Source: an uncultured Coprobacillus sp.
GTDB lineage: Bacteria > Bacillota_I > Bacilli_A > ML615J-28 > CAG-698
Reading direction: 5' to 3'
NCBI GenBank assembly: GCA_964385755.1
Contig: CAYLPZ010000002.1
Location: 8,302 to 72,301, forward strand
DNA: 64,000 bases
In this document: piece after piece, positions 59,587 through 64,000 of the stretch
Numbering within the stretch: the first letter of the stretch is position 1
Layout: every line of letters starts with the position of its first letter
Program-made: the position numbers and the translations under genes
The notes under the pieces: model-generated
Databases searched by the model: none
Seen by the model: only the letters and a program-made list of their open reading frames with translations
Told to the model about the DNA's origin: nothing

Positions 59587-60246
59587 ATGATAACAAATAG
59601 AATAAAGACTATTGCAAAATATATTTTTCCTTTTAAGAAAATTGCGGACGTTGGTTGTGACCATGGTTATTTAATTATTGAAGCATTTGAAAATCAAAAT
59701 ATTACACATGCTATCGCTATCGATAACAAAAAAGGTCCACTTTCAAAAGCACAAGAAAATATGATGAATAAAAAATATTTTCAGAATATTCGATTTTCTC
59801 TTTCAAGTGGAATATCTGATATTGAAAATGACACAGATTGTGTTATAATATCAGGAATGGGTGGGCTTTTAATAAGTCAAATAATTGACTCAGACTATGA
59901 AAAATTAGTAAATGTTCAAAGATTAATTCTCGTACCACACAAAGATCATCAAGAAGTTAGAAAAACGGTTATAAAATATGGCTTTAAAATAAGTTATGAG
60001 AAGATTATCTTTGAAGCGAATAAATATTACACAATAATTGTTTGTGACAAAACGTGTGATAATATCGAATATTCTGATAATGAACTAATATATGGTCCAC
60101 TTTTATTAAAAGAAAAAGATGAATTGTTTTTTAAAATGTATGAAGAACAAATAAATAGATTACAAAACATTATTGATAATACAAATGATGAAAATACGAT
60201 AAAAATATTAAAAAGTAAAATAAATGAGATTAGGAGCATTTTATGA
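59587..60246 (+). CDS. trmK: tRNA (adenine22-N1)-methyltransferase TrmK
   Basis: SAM-binding …IADVGCDHGYL… (YqfN family). Internal Met preferred over 59545. Confidence 0.7.
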   Translation: MITNRIKTIAKYIFPFKKIADVGCDHGYLIIEAFENQNITHAIAIDNKKGPLSKAQENMMNKKYFQNIRFSLSSGISDIENDTDCVIISGMGGLLISQIIDSDYEKLVNVQRLILVPHKDHQEVRKTVIKYGFKISYEKIIFEANKYYTIIVCDKTCDNIEYSDNELIYGPLLLKEKDELFFKMYEEQINRLQNIIDNTNDENTIKILKSKINEIRSIL

Positions 60247-61031
60247 AAGTAAAAGAATTAGTTTCTTATTTAGATTATAGATTTCCCAAAGAAAACGCTG
60301 AAAATTATGATCAAAATAAAATAGGATTTGTGATAGGTTCATTAGATTATGAAATTACTAATGTGCTTTTAGCCTTAGATTTAACAAAGGAAGTTGTAAC
60401 TGAAGCAATAAATAACAATTGTAATATGATTATTACTCATCATCCTTTTATTTGGGATCCTATTACTAAACTTATTATTGAAGATAATCGTACTCAAATT
60501 ATAAAAATGATGCTTATTAATAATATATCTTTATATTCAATGCATACAAACCTCGATGTTAGTGATATCGGGGTAAATGTTTCTTTGTGTAAAAAGTTAA
60601 ATATTAAAAATGTAAAATCGTTACAAGAAGACTTAAGTGGTAATTATTTAAGATTTGGTGATGTTGATAAGATGTCTTTAAAAGATTTATGTCAAAAAGT
60701 AAAAGTCGCTTTCGAATTAAATTCAGTTCGTTATATTGGTTCTTTAGATAAAGAAATTACTAAAGTTGGTATCGTTGGTGGAGCCGGTGGTTCAATTTTT
60801 GATATCAATAAAGCAATTTTTTCTGGCATAGATTGTTATATTACTGGAGAGATTAAATTAAACTGTGCACAATATGCTAATGAAAAAAACTTTGCAATGA
60901 TTGAAGTTAACCATGGTGTTGAACGTTTCGTTTTCCCATATTTGAAAGAAGAAATAATTAAAGAATTACCTAATCTAAGTGGGAAAATATTAATTTCAAA
61001 AATTAATACTGATCCCCTTAAATCAATTTAA
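60243..61031 (+). CDS. Nif3-family dinuclear metal-center protein (YqfO)
   Basis: …MIITHHPFIW…MHTNLD… Nif3 signature. Confidence 0.8.
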   Translation: MKVKELVSYLDYRFPKENAENYDQNKIGFVIGSLDYEITNVLLALDLTKEVVTEAINNNCNMIITHHPFIWDPITKLIIEDNRTQIIKMMLINNISLYSMHTNLDVSDIGVNVSLCKKLNIKNVKSLQEDLSGNYLRFGDVDKMSLKDLCQKVKVAFELNSVRYIGSLDKEITKVGIVGGAGGSIFDINKAIFSGIDCYITGEIKLNCAQYANEKNFAMIEVNHGVERFVFPYLKEEIIKELPNLSGKILISKINTDPLKSI

Positions 61032-61060
61032 GCATTAAATAGTAATTGGAGGATATATAC

Positions 61061-62569
61061 TTGGAAAATTATCGTAAAAACTTTTCATTTTCTCATAAAG
61101 CGGGTATTTTAATGCCTGTCAGTAGTTTACCATCTGAGTATGGTATTGGAACATTTGGTAAAGGAGCTTTTGATTTTATTGATTTTTTAGTTAAAACTGG
61201 ACAAAAATGTTGGCAAGTATTACCACTAAATCCAACTTCATATGGCGATAGTCCATATCAGTCTCCTGCTTCTGGTGCTGGAAATCCTTATTTTATCGAC
61301 CCACAAATTCTATGTGACAAAGGATTATTAACTAAAGATGAACTTAAAGAATATGTTTTTGACAAAACAAAAGTAGATTATGGTTATTTATTTTATAAAA
61401 GATATCAAATGCTTGCTTTAGCTTTTTCACGATTCAAAAAAAATAGAAGTTATAACATATTTGTGAAAAAAAATGAATCATGGATAGATGATTATGCATT
61501 ATTTATGGCTTTAAAAGTAAAATATAATTATGCTTCATGGACTACATGGAATGAAAATGATAAAAATATAACTATTGCAAGAATGCAAAAAGATGATTAC
61601 ACTAACGAAATGAACTTTTGGAAATGGATTCAATATGAATTTACACAACAATGGAAAGAAGTAATTAAATATGCCCATAGCAAAGGCATTTTAATCATTG
61701 GTGATATGCCTATTTATGTAGCACATGACAGCATGGATGTGTGGAAAGATCCTAAACAGTTTGAACTTGATGAAAATTATAATCCTGTGAGAGTTGCGGG
61801 GTGTCCACCAGATGGATTTACTCCTGATGGTCAAAGATGGGGAAATCCTCTTTACAATTGGGATTTAATGAAAAAAGATGGTTTTTCATGGTGGATTAAA
61901 CGAATTAAAAGAAGTTTTGAACTTTATGATATTTTAAGAATTGATCATTTTAGAGGCTTTGCAAGTTTCTATGCAATTCCTGCTTGTGACGAAAATGCTA
62001 GACGAGGTGTATGGATTCCTGCTCCTGGTAAGGAATTGTTTAGAACAATACGAAAGGCCCTACCAAATGCGAAGATAATTGCGGAAGACTTAGGTTTTAT
62101 CACAGATGATGTAAGAGAATTACTTGAAGATACAGGATTTCCTGGTATGAAAATTTTGCAGTTTGCTTTCTTTGATGATGATAGTGAATATCTTCCAAGA
62201 ACATACAATACTAAAAATTGTCTAGTATATACTGGTTCTCATGATTCTGATTGTACTTTAACCTGGTATCAAAATTTAGAAGGAGAAGCAAAAGTAAGAC
62301 TTTTAAATGAATGTCCTTTTGATGAAAAAATGTCAAAAGTATATTCTATTATCAAACTTGCAATGACTTCAATTGGTAACTTGGTAGTTATTCCAATTCA
62401 AGATTATTTAGAACTTACAAATGAAGAAGGAAGAATGAATGTACCTAGTGTTGCTGATGGAAACTGGAGCTGGCGTATAAATAAAGATTATGCAAAAGAT
62501 GAACTAATTGAAAAAATTAGAGATTTATTATTAAAAACTAATCGATATTATCAAAAAAATGTCAAATAA
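61061..62569 (+). CDS. malQ: 4-alpha-glucanotransferase (amylomaltase, GH77)
   Basis: GH77 blocks (…PTSYGDSPYQS…IIGDMPIYVAHDS…). TTG start 7 nt after GGAGGA; the ORF track begins at an upstream TTG. Confidence 0.8.
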   Translation: MENYRKNFSFSHKAGILMPVSSLPSEYGIGTFGKGAFDFIDFLVKTGQKCWQVLPLNPTSYGDSPYQSPASGAGNPYFIDPQILCDKGLLTKDELKEYVFDKTKVDYGYLFYKRYQMLALAFSRFKKNRSYNIFVKKNESWIDDYALFMALKVKYNYASWTTWNENDKNITIARMQKDDYTNEMNFWKWIQYEFTQQWKEVIKYAHSKGILIIGDMPIYVAHDSMDVWKDPKQFELDENYNPVRVAGCPPDGFTPDGQRWGNPLYNWDLMKKDGFSWWIKRIKRSFELYDILRIDHFRGFASFYAIPACDENARRGVWIPAPGKELFRTIRKALPNAKIIAEDLGFITDDVRELLEDTGFPGMKILQFAFFDDDSEYLPRTYNTKNCLVYTGSHDSDCTLTWYQNLEGEAKVRLLNECPFDEKMSKVYSIIKLAMTSIGNLVVIPIQDYLELTNEEGRMNVPSVADGNWSWRINKDYAKDELIEKIRDLLLKTNRYYQKNVK

Positions 62570-62586
62570 TATATACAAGGAGGTAA

Positions 62587-64000
62587 AACTTAAATAATGC
62601 AAAAAAATTGGAATCAAATTAACAAGCTATTAAATTTATTACTATTATTATTGCTTGCTTTTACGTTTATTTCTTGTGGCGATGATCCAACTGTTGATCC
62701 TGATGATCCTGATGATGGATATAAAATTCCTGAAGACGAATATACTATTCCTAAAGAAGAAGGTCATAATCAAATTACTTTTTATTTTTCTTATCCTGGT
62801 GTAATTGAAAATGCAGATATTTGGGTATGGTGGGATGGAAAAGAAGGAAGTGGATATTTATTCCATGAATGTGACTATGGAGTAAAAGCTGTTATTAATG
62901 TTCCTGAAGAAATTGATAGCGTAGGTTTTATTGTTCGTAGAGATTGTTCTGAACCTGGTGGAGACTCTTGGGGTACTGCAACAAAAGATTATAGCGAGGA
63001 TAGATTTGCGGTGATTGAAGGAAAAGATACATTTATATTTTTAAAAAGTGGTGATTCAGCCCAATACACAAGTAATGATGGAGGAAAAACACTTACTATG
63101 ATTAAAAAATTTTCACTAGCAGGAATTACTGATTTTCATACTATTCAGTATAGTATTACACCAAAATTTAAAATTGAAAATTATAAGCAAGTAAAAGTTT
63201 ACCAAGGAGAAACTGAGCTTACAGTAACTGAGATTTCTTCAATCGGAAAAGAATCTGTTAATGGTAATGTTGAGGTAAAAGAAACACTTGATATTTCTAA
63301 GCCTTATGAGATTGAAATTGAAGGTTATGGACGTAAAGCAGTTGTTCCAACAAAAATATTCGATAGTAAAGATTTTATTGAAAATTACACATATGATGGT
63401 AATGATTTAGGTGCAGTTATTAATGGTAAGAATACTACATTTAAAGTATGGGCTCCAACTGCTTCTAAAGTTGTTTTAAATCTTTATAAAGATGGTAATA
63501 CTAATTCATTAATTAAGAGTGTTGAAATGGAAAAACAAGACCGTGGTGTATGGGCAACAACTCAACCTTACGGACATAAGACTTATTATACATATTCAGT
63601 AACAACATCAGTTGGCACACAGGAAGCTACTGATCCATATGCTAAATCAGCTGGTTTAAATGGTAACAGAAGTATGGTTGTTAATTTAGATTTAACTAAT
63701 CCTGAAGGTTGGGAAGAAGATGATACTTTCTCAACAGGCATTAAATCATATAGTGATGCAGTAATATGGGAAGTTCATGTAAGAGACTTTAGTAATAAAA
63801 TTTCAACATCTAATTATAAAGGTAAATACTTAGCATTTACAGAAACAGGACTTAAGAATTCTAGTGGAGTATCTGTTGGTGTTGATTATTTGGTTAATTT
63901 AGGCATTACTCACGTTCATTTACTACCTGTTTATGACTATGCTACTGTAGATGAAGCAAATCCAGACAAACAATTTAACTGGGGTTATGATCCTAAAAAT
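62587..64000 (+). CDS. Pullulanase-type debranching enzyme (lipoprotein; CBM plus GH13), 5' portion only, runs off the window
   Basis: ATG at 62587 opens a frame to the window end. Lipobox …AFTFISCGDD…, then CBM41/48-like and GH13 N-terminal blocks (…YDGNDLGAV…FKVWAPTA…ITHVHLLPVYD…). Confidence 0.75.

Noticed and set aside
1-64000. CRISPR arrays, rRNA operons and prophage structural genes
   Set aside because: No spacer-repeat periodicity, no rRNA-like GC-rich blocks, and no capsid, terminase or integrase ORFs were seen anywhere in the window.

Overview
This window is an AT-rich (about 30% GC) chromosomal segment of a low-GC, endospore-forming Firmicute, read in the standard genetic code (TGA is a stop, not Trp). 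Most of it is conserved housekeeping genes in Bacillus-like order:
- ylmE(yggS)-sepF-yggT, then deoC and deoD, and a pair of M16 peptidases.
- rplU-prp-rpmA-obg, then mutS-mutL-miaA, dacB-spmA-spmB, rluB, an in-frame cmk::rpsA fusion, and der.
- spoVIF-like, spoIVA and hbs, then rdgB, rpsU, and yqfC-yqfD-phoH-ybeY-cdd-era-yqzL-recO.
- A second sigma-70 paralog, glyQS, dnaG-sigA, pepC, trmK, a Nif3-family gene, malQ and the start of a pullulanase.
- A gerB-gerA-gerC germinant receptor operon and a non-canonical SSB paralog.

Two tRNAs are present, Cys-GCA and Gly-GCC.

The region between SSB and tRNA-Gly (about 12.6 to 18.5 kb) is a decayed accessory island. It holds:
- an intact COG1373/DUF4143 AAA ATPase;
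- an IS4/IS5-type transposase pseudogene;
- a 5'-truncated COG2865 (HATPase_c_4) regulator;
- an AbrB/MazE–RelE/ParE toxin-antitoxin pair;
- three copies of a roughly 120-bp intergenic repeat.

The most unusual loci are:
- an 804-aa protein with a type IV prepilin N-terminus fused to a large beta-helix module (a modular pilin or adhesin);
- a DedA/TVP38–PlsC acyltransferase–zinc-ribbon fusion membrane protein;
- the Cmk–S1 fusion;
- an extra SigA-like sigma factor directly upstream of a glyQS gene that lacks a T-box leader;
- an uncharacterised 293-aa protein at the position ylmH/divIVA normally occupy in the division cluster.

No CRISPR array and no rRNA were seen.
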